Below, piece after piece: positions 50,701 through 62,302 of a stretch of 64,000 nucleotides of DNA (the first letter of the stretch is position 1; every line of letters starts with the position of its first letter). This DNA comes from Gnetum montanum (Eukaryota; Plantae; Gnetophyta). The notes beneath the pieces were generated by a model, which was not told the DNA's origin, made no database searches, and worked only from the letters and a program-made list of their open reading frames with translations. A program made the translations under genes and the position numbers. The stretch is taken from assembly GCA_015680685.1 (NCBI GenBank), contig MNCI01000593.1, positions 92,570 to 156,569 of the forward strand, given 5' to 3'.

Positions 50701-51330
50701 CATAACAATATGCATAGGATAGTTTAAAGTACATCAGGTGCATGTTGCTGATGAGGACAAAACTAATGTCATCCCATGCACCATCATTGAATGATTAGGA
50801 TTAACTGAGTAGATATAACCTATAGCCTTTACAGCTCTTAAGTTCTTCAATGGATCAAGAGTTGCCATCAAGCAGTCTATCTCCTTGGATTTTGTAGTCG
50901 GGGAGCAATTTCCCACAAGTGCCAATTTCTTGGTTATGGAAGAGACACTAGGATTCAACCTTATCTTGGGAAGGCCTTGGTTGGCTCAATTATGAGTCAT
51001 GTGCTCTCCCATCCATCAAGAAATTCACCTTCCTTACGAGGGAGGTGACATTATCATTCATGGTGATAACCCAATGCCCCTAGCTATCAACAATGTGAAC
51101 ATATGTCAGGGGTTCGAAGTGGGGCTCCAAGAAGAAGCTCCTAGTGATGAAGTCCAACAACCCGAAAGAGACAAATGACTTGACAATGATAACGATAAGC
51201 AACAGGATGCATTATGGGATGAACTCCCTTTTAGCATCATCAGTGAAGGTGATGGCAAGTACAAGCTTGTGCAAAACAAACCTTACTCATTCCCTAATCT
51301 AGCAAAGATTAGGAAGAATCTGTACAAGTG
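47770..51330 (+). pseudogene. Degenerate gag-protease of the Tat/Ogre-like element
   Basis: FSKYNEEGDPNAHL, IFPMSLTEKA, CHYHQFPSH (Tat-type knuckle) and FNLILGRPWL. Confidence 0.82.
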
Positions 51331-51549
51331 AAGTAATCTTTACATCACATACCCTTATAACCAAATAGCCAGATAGCCTAACTTTTCTTTTGCAATTTTT
51401 TATATCTTTTTATGCATTTTTGTTTTACTCTTTATGCACATGGGCTATGCATATAGCCTATGTTTCTACTTTCATTCACTACAGCTTTCTTTACTTGTAT
51501 TATAAACATTAAAAAACCTTATAAATATATTTCTTTTTCATAATTGGTC

Positions 51550-51775
51550 CACTAAGACCTTAAACTGGCATCATGGCCCATCATCGCCTTAAACTAGCAA
51601 AGATAATTACACAACATGGCCCGCTATGGCCTTAAACTAGCAAAATCACAGTCCGCTAAGACTCTAAATTGGCATCGTAATTTGCTAAGACTTTAAATTG
51701 GCAATATGACTTGCCATGGACTTAAACTAGAAACACAATATAACATGTGCTCGCGATGGCCTAAAACTAGTGAAC
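51550..51775. repeat. Degenerate short tandem repeats (~30-40 bp, core CTTAAACT(A/G)GCA)
   Basis: About 7 copies of (A/G)CCTTAAACTRGCA variants between the sense and antisense coding regions; such arrays are typical of Tat/Ogre 3' regions. Confidence 0.7.
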
Positions 51776-52097
51776 ATCTTCTCTATTACTATACTTCTTT
51801 TTGTTTAGCCTATTATTGCATTGATTAGCCATTTAATGTTATAACCAAAACATCAACATAGCCTTCTTAATGTTCAAAACATTTACAATGTTTACTACAA
51901 CTACAGATATGCATAGCCAAAATTAAAACCAATATTTAAATTTAAAGTTAGAATGTCCACAACATACACAGCCGTGGCCACACTGTGTGGCAAAAATCTC
52001 AAAAAATAATAATCATCTATAACATAATCTTGACTAATCATAGCCATCAACATAAAAATAAAGACAAATAGCCAACAAGCTAAGCTTATGGAGGCTA

Positions 52098-55000
52098 CTA
52101 AGTGGCATCCAAAGGAGGAAGTGGTGGATCATTTCCAACCTCACCGTTGGGACCACCAATGTCTCCTGAGGCCTAAAATGCAATAACATATAGCTAGTTA
52201 GTAACCCATATCCAAAATCATAACTTAAAGAAAAATATAAAATACATCTAACATATGGAGATTTCAGCTCCATTACTTCTAGGGATAGAAGTGGAAGGCC
52301 TTCCTTCAAACGATGGAATTTGGTCCTTTGTCATGTTGACCCAGTAAACATTCCCGAGATCAATGCTAGAGAGGATGTCGGTCCTATCTATAATTGTCCA
52401 AGTAGGAGGCTTCCAAGTAGTAGTAGTCATAGAGGTCTTGCCTATAGTAGTGGTAATCCAAGTAGTAGGGGATTGCTCCATCATGAGAGTACTTTCAAAA
52501 ATTTGATAAGAACTCTCTACTTGGATCCCTTGGATGAACCACTCTCTTTTGCGTTGTTCAACTAACTCCTCCTTGAGCCACTTAAGGTAGGCCCCACAAT
52601 TCACCTTGTACTATCACTTACCCCACTCTAGGGTCCAAGCACAGTGATCTTTTCAGTCCTCAACCTTCTGGGAGATGAGGTCCATCTGCATATGTTATTT
52701 GCCATATACTTTAGGATTGCTAATTAATCCTAAATTATTTGCTTTGTCATTTCATGCATGAACTCTACCTTGTATAGAGTCTCCACCCATGGTTTCACAT
52801 GAAATTTAGGGACAAGTGCTTACACTGGTGGCTCAGGAACTACTATAAGCATAAAAATCATCGAATTGTTCAGATGAAAACCAAAATTACACTATAAGAT
52901 ATAACAAAAATATTAAGGCATGAGCACACCTAGCTCCTCCTCTGGGATGATGATGGGAGATGTACCCGACGCCATCTCTCTGAATAAGGCATCTAGATTT
53001 TTTAAATCCGCATTGACAAATCCTTCAACCATAGGTTTCTTTAGAAGTGCCTCTTCTGCATGCCTTTGTTCTACCTTCGTGGCAGCTTAGGCTACCATAG
53101 CCTAATGTTTATCTACAACCATAACACATAGAAAATTGGTTAACACATGAAATCATAAAGTAGCCATAAAATAAAACATGAAATAGCAAAATTTAAAGAA
53201 AGCATACCTATAAATGCCTACTATGATGACCTAAGCTTAAACTTAAGCTTCTTTGGGGTAGGTTGGTTTGATGATGGCCTAAGCTTAAACTTAAGCTTCC
53301 TCCATAGGCCTCTTAAGTTTCTCTATGGTAGCCCCTTTTTCCTCCCTACATAGTTGTTTAGCCTCCTAGATGCTCACTGGAAATGTGAGAGTCTCCTCAT
53401 CATCTATGGTATCAGGATGCAGAAACTACTTGACATTAGCATCCGTAGCAGTAATGGATAATGTATCATCCATCCCTTCTGGTGAGTTCTGAGCCTATAT
53501 TATTAGATAAATGTGCTTTATCCAAGGGTCAGAAAGTTGGCTTGGGTCTTAGGGAATCTATTGCCCATTCTTATACACCACTAGAAACTCCACAAATATC
53601 TTCAGATTACCCACAAAAAATGCAAAGTGCATGTGGATTATTGTAGAGGTGTCTGCATGGAGTCTAAAGATCTCCTCTTGAAGCCCAATAGTCAAGATAG
53701 TCACTTAGTTGAACCTGGTGCCATCTACTAGGACCATTTTGAAGGTCCACCCTTGCACAATGCTAATCACCTTCTTTTGCGATAATAGTTTAGGAAATGC
53801 ATGAGACTTGAAAAAAGGATATGACTCCTTTGCATCAGGGTTCATGGAGACATCCATGGAAATTCCAAAGTGGCCCATGTTGGCACTAAGCCACTTCAAA
53901 ATTTCATCACAATGGACTAATTCTTTCACTATTCTTGTTGGAATTTTTGCCCTATCAGTAGGAACAATGACAAGTTGTGGAAGAGGCCCACATCAATATC
54001 CATGTTAACCTTCACATCCCAGATGATGATGCTGAAATGACCAGCCTTCTCATCGAAGGAGTCGATGACATGCAACATCTTTGTAGTAGGGATGGAAGGG
54101 ATATGTGCCATAAATACATTAAGCAAACTTGCACATTGGATGTTTGCTTGAACGTACCTAGGGACCTATCCCCTTAGCCACTCTTGTACTTGTATCACCT
54201 CTCCAAACTTTAGGATGAGGGTATCCTCATGGCGTGCCCCTAAAAGTGGTATGATGACATTAACAAAGGTGGAAGGTATTGCAAAGTAACAACCAAAATT
54301 TAGCATCAATACAAGTAAAATTTAATAACCAGTTAACGCAATAGAACACTTAGAGTTATAACCATGAAACACTATAAGCTATAGCCTTTATGTTTACCTT
54401 TCCTTTTCTTCTTTAGTGTGGTTTGAGCGAAGGTCCTAGCTACAAGAGTATGATCCATGCTATCAAAGTCTACCCACTAGTTGTGCATCATCACATCATC
54501 CTTACACTTCTTGTATACAAGGTTGAACCTTCAAGCATATACATCAAAGTCCTCTCTTAACTGTTGATACACAATAATTGTTATCCGATGACTCTTGGTG
54601 AACTCATTTAAAGTAGTTTGGGCCACTACCAAGATTTGATTATTGATGATTAAGCCTTGATCATTGGCCTTGTACCTGCAAGAAGTTTGTAAACCTGATG
54701 AAGTTAGGAAAGGTAGTCAAGCCAAAAGCATAAAAACATTACAATAATCATGCTTACCCTTGTAGATGATACACAGTGCCAGGAGGTTTCTGTAATAATG
54801 TGTGGGCTATATGCACCACCATCAAAGTATTGTCAACATTATACTAACTATACTCTGGCATCATCTAGATCTCTGTGAGCTAACATGGACTAATAGCATC
54901 TACTGATCCTCTTGCTAACAGCTTGTCGGTGATGAACTTGGAAACCAAGCTAGATGCTTGAGGTAGCAAAGACTCCACTACAGCCTCGGCCACATCTATG

Positions 55001-57086
55001 AACAAATGTGACCATAACATCACACTAAAGTTTTGTAGAATGTAGGTAAGGAATTCCCTTGCCCTAGGCCAAAACCATAGTGAAGCCTTCCCCAAAGGCA
55101 TATCAAGGAGTGGGGCATTGGTCTTGGGATGAACAATGTAGCACAAAATACCCACCAACTCCATAATGATGAGGACGGGCTTCAAAAAATCCTACATGAA
55201 GCAAAAAGAAAAGCATTATGATGAATTGAAATTGCTTAGCAAATCTAGAGAAAACATCTACTTGAGGTAAAATTAGCCTCTATAAAAAGCTCTAAGATGT
55301 TGATCTAAATTAGCTTAAGGAATTCCACAAGAAAACATTATTACAACCTTGCATCATGATGAATTGGGATTCCTTAGCAAACTTGGAAAAAAAATCTAGT
55401 CGGAGGTGAAATTAGCCTATGTAAAAAGCTCTAAGGTGTTTATCTAAGTTGGCTTAAGAAATTTCATAAAAGCATTATTACCATATTTTATAGCCTTTTA
55501 CTTCATAACCAAAATGTTATAGCCAAAACCATATAGAAAAAACTATCTCTTAGTCTAAACTATGCATAAATGTAGAAAAAAGCATTGAAACTATGCATAC
55601 ATTTAGAAAAAAGCATTAAAACGTATAAAAGCATATAGCCATAAGCCTTCTAAAAATAGAAAAGTTGTTGCTTTTCTTAAAAAAATAAATTTTAAACATA
55701 ATTTTTGCATGTTGACAAGAAAAGCTACACATATCAATCACTTCCATCCCCAAAGGGATAATGCACCACAACCATGATTTTGCCTTATTTACATAGCCAT
55801 AACCAAAAATTTATACAAGCTTTAAGTGATTTAAGTGATTCTAGCATGGAAAGAATCCTAAAATCACAAGCTTTGCAGCCATTACCATTGTAAATAAAAA
55901 TACATAGTCATTTTAACATGGAACATAGGAAAATTAGCAAAAATTGTAGTCGTCACCGTTAAACCTTTTTCACACAAGGCTAGTAAAAAATTTGCCAAAA
56001 TTTCATTTGAGCTCCAAATGGAGTGATTCCATCATCATTTGCAAGTATAAATCAAGCCCTACATACCCATGCTTAAAGAAAATTCAAAATCTTTATCATT
56101 TATTTAGAAAAAAATTACCAATGCAGACAAAATTCTGGAAATGGCACAAACCTCCTTTTAACATAGGCTTAATGAAAAATTTGTAAAAAAATGTTTTAAG
56201 TCTAATCGAAGTGATTCCACATCCATTGGAAAGTTGAAGCCAAGACGTACCGAACCATAAGAAAAAAAAAAGAAGCCAAAACGACTGCAGCTTACTTCAA
56301 AAAAATTTGTGAATTTATATGAAAATCTAAAGATGGCATAGAAACCTAATTTCATGACCTTAGGAAAATAGCCATAACTTAATCATTTCAAAGCCAAATT
56401 GAACAAACAAACGTCATTAGAAAGATTAAAAATAGGGCTACAAACCTATAACATTGGATTTGAAAATTATGTAGCCATTTTCTTAGGAAAAAATTCACAA
56501 CATTGCTTGCTTTTTCTATGTAAAAAGCTAAAAGGCTAAAACCGAACTTAACATAACCATAAAAACATAGCTAAAATAGCTAAAATGATTGATACTCATT
56601 ACAAAGCACACCAAAAAATGGGGTAGGATTTCATTGAAATTTAATTTTGATGAATACTTTGCCCTAGATCTGACAAAACGACCTTACCCCAAAAATTTTG
56701 GGAAAAAACCATGAAAACATCAAACTTGATTTTAAAATATCAAATCTATTAAGGCAAAAACAAAAAAATGACCATGGATCCATGTGGAAATGACCAAAAT
56801 AAGAGGTGGGATTTCACTGGAATTTTGATTTACCCCCTCTGTCAATGTAGATCTGAAAAAATTTCCCCACAAGTGACAAGAAAAATACAAGTAAAATAAT
56901 AAAAATAGCTAAAGAAAACCAAGAAAACATAGGTAGAATTCCCTACCTTAGAGTAGTGATAGATGAGGCCTAGATGGAGATAGGCCTAGGTAATTCTAAC
57001 AACTCCCTAGCATGCTCATCTACCTTCTGGATCCTTGGATTCTTGCTTTTGCCTCCACATTATTTTGACACCATAGTAGACTCCAT
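52098..57086 (-). pseudogene. Spliced antisense accessory gene: FCP1/NIF-like HAD domain plus PMD/Transposase_32-like domain
   Basis: Candidate exons are 57086-56947, 55191-54758, 54675-54398, 54278-53208, 53112-52930, 52842-52769, 52685-~52250 and 52172-52098. Most introns are short, 82-119 nt and GT-AG, and phases match at the exon 2/3/4 and 6/7 junctions. Confidence 0.72.
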
Positions 57087-57399
57087 GCTAGGAGAGTTTG
57101 AAGATGAGAAGGATGGAGGTTTTACGCTGTGTGAAAGGAAGATGGAAGGCTTCCATGCTGAGAATGGATTGCTTTTGCCACAAAAATCTATGTCAAAGCT
57201 GTCCTCCATAGTGTGGAAGAATGTGAATTATAATAAAAAACATACAAAATTTAGCATTAAAAACTACATCTAAACCTAAATGCCCACTTTTCAAATTTTA
57301 AAATTTTTGGATTATGGGCCCCACCATATGCCTTCCCTCCTATCCCAAAAACTACATCAACACTGAGTTTTAGCCACTTTTGACAATTAAAAAAATGTT

Positions 57400-59470
57400 T
57401 CAACCTTAACTCCCATGCATCCATGCTAGGGATGGCATGCCTAGCATGGATACATGCCTCCCATTTCACAAAATCATTAAAACATAGTTGTTTACAATTT
57501 TTAGTAACTTAAACCTACCTTTTTCAACCTTGGGATTACAAAAAGGGGGTGAAACACTATCAAAATGGAATAACTTGGGGTTCCACACTGGGGCAACACT
57601 ACCTAGCATGGAACAAAGGGGGTTAACACCCATTCTTATCTCCAACACTCATCTAGCCCAAGTTTGACCTTGAAGTGGACCCCACATGACCTAGAACCCC
57701 TCTAAACATCCTTGGCAACCCCAGAATGTCACCAAACCTAGTCAAAACTGATCAAAACTAGTCAAAACCTTGGGATTTGGTGTTTTCATGCTAGGGAAAG
57801 GCTTCATCCATGCTGAGCATCTCATTCCCAACGTGGAGGAAGGGGGAAAAGCCAAAGTAACCTAAATCAACTACATAGTAGCCATTTCTCAAAGCTTGGT
57901 GATCTGTAGACACTCTTGGAACCCTCTACAGCTTCCAAAAGCCTCAAAAGTGGTCAAATATGGCACAAAACTATCATCCCCCTCTCATCCATGCTGGGGC
58001 CTTCATGCCTAGTATGGAAGAAGGGGAAAACTACATGAGGCACTTAGGAGCCTCTAAACTATTGGATCTTGGCATCTAGTATTGATTGTCGACACTAGCA
58101 ACAACAAAGGCTAACATGCATGGTCGATTGGCTATTGAACTGGCTTAGCTATGACTTTCTTAGTTCTTCCATGCTAAGGGAAATCTCTTCTACACTTCCC
58201 AACATGGAAACTTAGGGGGATGGAGCTAAAAAAGTCAGTAGGAGATCTAGGAACAAGAAACAACCTCAAAATGTCTTGTTCCTAATACTAAAACCTTCAC
58301 AACCTTTTTGAATGCCAATAGAATGCAAAAAATTAACAAAAATCAACCTCCTAAGGTTTTTCCATGTTGAGGATGACCTTTTCCATGTTGGGAATTCTAG
58401 TCCCAACATGGATAGAAGGGGGAAAGCCAAAACTATTGAATTTTTCATGTAGTTTGACTTTCAGAAGTAACCCAAACCTTCCAAAAGACACTAGACTTTC
58501 AAAAGTCACCTAAAATGATCAAAACTACCTCCTCTTGGTTCTCCACACTAAGGGGGACCCTATCCATGCTAAGCCTCCCACCCCCAACATGGATGGAGGG
58601 AGGAAGCTTGAAAACCCTTTCACAGCCTTCAAAATGACTGGATTTTGACTTTAAACATTAACATCCAATGCCAGCAACTTTGTAGACACTCATTCATAGT
58701 CAAAATTGACTGAAGATAGCCAAAAAACCCTTCCCCCCAATCTTCCACATTGGGCATGAAAGTCCTAGCATGGGAAAAAGGGAGGGTGGGGGTGTGGAGA
58801 AGCTCAAAATTTGCGTAATAACCCTTGGAATAACCAATTTCAACATTAGGTATTAGCAATCAAGACTAGCTACCTTAGTAGCTTGCATGCATAGCTAGAA
58901 ATGATGGAAAATGAAGAGCTCCCTAGTATTATGAAAATAGCCTCCAAAGACCTTGAACAAACATCAAAAAGCCCTATGTGTGTACTAGAACCTTGTTTGA
59001 ACATCCTAAGACCCTCAGGCCTATCAAAATTGACAACAAATAGCTAGAAATCCCTTCCCCCAAATCTTCCACATTGAGCATGAAAGCCCTAGCATGGAAA
59101 AAGGGTGGGAACATCAAAAATCACTCACCAACCTTCGAAAGGATCAAATTTTAACACCAAGCATTGGTAATTGATGCTAGCAACCTCAGAGACCTACATG
59201 CATGGCCAAAAACAATGTAAATAACTAAAAAGTTGTTTCCCCCTAGTCTTCCATGCTAGGCATATTATCTGTAGCATGGAAAAAGAGGGGAAAACTCAAA
59301 AACTATCTAGGAAACCTCCAAATTAGTCAAACTTGACCTCAAACCCTAGTTCTCAACCCCAACAACTATGGAAGCATACATGCATGATCGATTAAGGTCA
59401 GAATTAGACTAGATATAAGATTCATGGCTCTTCCATGCTAGAGATCCCTTCCTCCATGCTGGGCAGTGTG
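57400..59470. repeat. Degenerate repeat array rich in CCATGCTAG/CTAGCATGG motifs
   Basis: More than 12 motif copies, often as inverted pairs (e.g. 57420-57450 and 59250-59280). Confidence 0.7.
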
Positions 59471-59644
59471 GAAAATAAGGGGGAGACTCATTTGAAATTC
59501 CTAAACACCTTAGAATGATGTCAAATGATCTTGCATGCATTCTAGAACCCTGTATCCAACTAATTGATAGTCACTTAGATGAGGGTTCAAGGTTCATTGA
59601 AGTCGATGCAGTTAACTCCATGATCCAGATGTTGCAACAAGTTA

Positions 59645-61201
59645 GGAGGAGGGGAAGAATGGTCATAATAGATTTTTAGGAATGTTGCATCATTCCAAGT
59701 GGTAATAGAAACTAGAGAAGAAGCCATAGTTGTGGTTATGTAGCACCAAGGCATAGAAGAATGCATAGAAGTGATAATAGATCACATAAAATAATCATTT
59801 AATATTCTTGCTATGCCAGCAACATATCTTTTTGGAGCCAGAGATGCTCAAATGTTATTTGCTACCTCAATGACTCTTGTAGATCATGAGAATGTGCTGG
59901 ATAGACTATTACAGATGGAGTAGATCATGAAAAATCTTTTTGACATCATAAGTGATGTCACTATAGTTTAGTCTGATCTTATAGCCATCAAAGGAAAACT
60001 AGTCATGATAGAAACCAAGGTAGAGCATGTAGAAAATAAAGTTCGTAGATTACAAGAAGAGCTTGCGACCTTAAGAGCTAAAGGAAGAGATCCTACTCAA
60101 TATATTGTGCCAGACCAACTGGAGCAGTTTAGAATAGAATAGATCAATCGCCTCATGGAGCATAACAAACATATGAAAAATGAGAAGGAGAAGGTAATGT
60201 GGGATGTTTTAATAAAAAAAACACAGACATATGCACATGCTAAGGCACTCACGGCATTATAGGAGGAAAATAAATAGTTGACTATAGATAATACTCAGTT
60301 GACCAACATTGAGAAAGAAAAAAAAATTCTTGAAGAAATCATCCATTAGTTACAAGAACAATTGATGAGGGTCAACCGGGATATGAGCCACCTTGGAAGA
60401 AAGAATAGAATCCTCTCCATAGAGGAGGTATGCGTAATCAGACAAAAATTAGCCATAAAAATAAGTGTGTGGTAGAATGAGGCAAAAAGGCATGAAAGGC
60501 TCAAGGAACACTTCCATGATCAAGTGGGAATGTATAAGCAAGTAAATGAAAATGAAATCCAAATGGCTAAAGCCCAAATCAACTCAAATTTAGCATAGAA
60601 TCCAGATTGGCAACCTATGTTAGATAGTATGACCCATGTCCACCAAGCAAAGATAAAAAATAAAGACCTACAAATAGAGGATTTGATGGAATACATGAGG
60701 TTGGCTAACCTCTATTATGCTAACATAGCCATGTTAACAATAGGTAGATCCAAAAATGAGGTAGAATAGTAAGTAGTGGTTGTGTATGCATTATATGAAA
60801 AGGAATTTGCTGATCAAAAAGATGCCTTGTAGAAGCTTGATGTGGCAAATTCAGAACTAGAAATAGTAAAGGTCAGCTACCATGGTTAGAAGGATGTTGC
60901 AGCCAAACTAAACAAAAGAATGTTAGATTATCAAGAGTTATGCAAAATGGTCAAAGCATTGAAAGAAGAAAGAAGGTAGTTTGTGGCATGGTCTGTAAAA
61001 GAAATTTAAATGTTTCTGCAACTACCATGTCCATGGGATGTGACAGCTCCATCACATATTTCCCAATCAGCATGGACAATGCATGATCCTAGAATGGAGG
61101 AAGAAAAACTTTAGGTGTTGCTTAACAGATACAAATTTCAGAAATCTAATGACAAGGAAAAGTCGTCGATGGAGGAGCCGTCACCACCAAGCACTACTTA
61201 A
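59645..61201 (+). pseudogene. Athila extra ORF, 3' part (coiled-coil rich)
   Basis: Frame rejoins across the AGTTA TSD (LQL|GGGEEW); heptad-rich IETKVEHVENKVRRLQEELATL segment; many CAG/CAA-derived stops. Confidence 0.65.
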
Positions 61202-61417
61202 GCTACAACAAGTTGTCTCAAGTTTTAATTCTATCTTTTTTTGTTTTTGTTTTCCACACAACCATGTCCAAATTTTGTAACACATCATTGCAACATTCAG
61301 TGTCTTGTATATAGTCAGTCAATCATGTATAGTCAAATTTGCCTCCTAATTTCATAAGGAGCAATATCCTCATTTTGTTTTAACTTGAGGAAGAGTTTCT
61401 AGTTAGTCGTAGGGGTA

Positions 61418-62298
61418 TGATAAAATTAATTTTTTATTAGTAATGATATTGTAACAATGATATCGTTTATTCAATATCGTAGCACATGCTATGTCATCAT
61501 TGATATGAGATCTTGGGATGTGTGCAACCCTATAAATACAACACTTGGGTGCATGATCCACATAGGTTTTCATTCCACTAGTAATAGAACTCTTGCAATT
61601 TTGTTTTGTGCACTTAGAATTAGCAATTAGAAGTGTGAATGCCTGTTGTGTAGTGTGATTTAGTGAACAACATCTTTGTTCGAGCATCTTATACTTGGAT
61701 ACAAGTGTGATAGGTAATAAAGATCAAGCTATTTCATACTATTGCAACATTCTCCTAGTTTCCTATTTTACTTAGAATAATATTTTCTATTTTCTAGCTT
61801 AATGACTTACTTTTCCAAAGGACACTTTACTTTTACTATTATTAGTATGTGGAATGGATATGGATAATTTCAAGCGTAAAGTATGATCATTTGGGAACCT
61901 AGTAGTACTATCGCTTGGTTTGCTCAGTAGTGAGATACTTGGTAATCCCAGTAATGATTACATAAGCCTAAGACATGTAACGAAAATTAGGAATGGATAT
62001 CCATCACCTTAGGCTAGCATAGATTCATTTACTTATTTCATCTAGACTTAGGAACCATTTCCATTTTCGTCATGTTCACTCGGAGTACTAATGGCTAAAC
62101 AACATTTAATATCATATAACTCACAGTGAACTAAACCATACACATAAACTTCATTAGCTTCACATGGGAAGACAATGATCATAGAATTAAACCAATTACT
62201 AGCATATTCACATTGCCTTATCCATGGATTACGATTGGGTCACACCTGGACACTCGTGACTTGTATGGTTGGGTGTTGGATTGCTCCACTAGTCATCA
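61418..62298 (+). repeat. 3' LTR (~880 bp) of the Athila-like element
   Basis: TGATA...CATCA termini, preceded by a purine tract; TATA-like CCTATAAATA at ~61529. Confidence 0.85.
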
Positions 62299-62302
62299 CT
62301 AG

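Larger units (their letters stand above)
44910..59639 (+). mobile_element. Tat/Ogre-like non-autonomous LTR element (gag-PR plus spliced antisense gene); 3' LTR missing
   Basis: Perfect TSD AGTTA (44905-44909 and 59640-59644), TG...CA ends, 5' LTR 44910-46422, PBS-like TGGAGACCTTGGGGA at 46429-46443, gag/PR, and no RT/RH/INT. Confidence 0.85.
34576..62298 (+). mobile_element. Athila-like Ty3/gypsy LTR retrotransposon with extra 3' ORF, interrupted by a 14.7-kb insertion
   Basis: LTR pair (34576-35185 matches 61688-62298), tRNA-Asp-like PBS, gag-PR-RT-RH-INT order, long spacer, extra ORF, and purine tract then TGAT at 61418. Confidence 0.88.
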
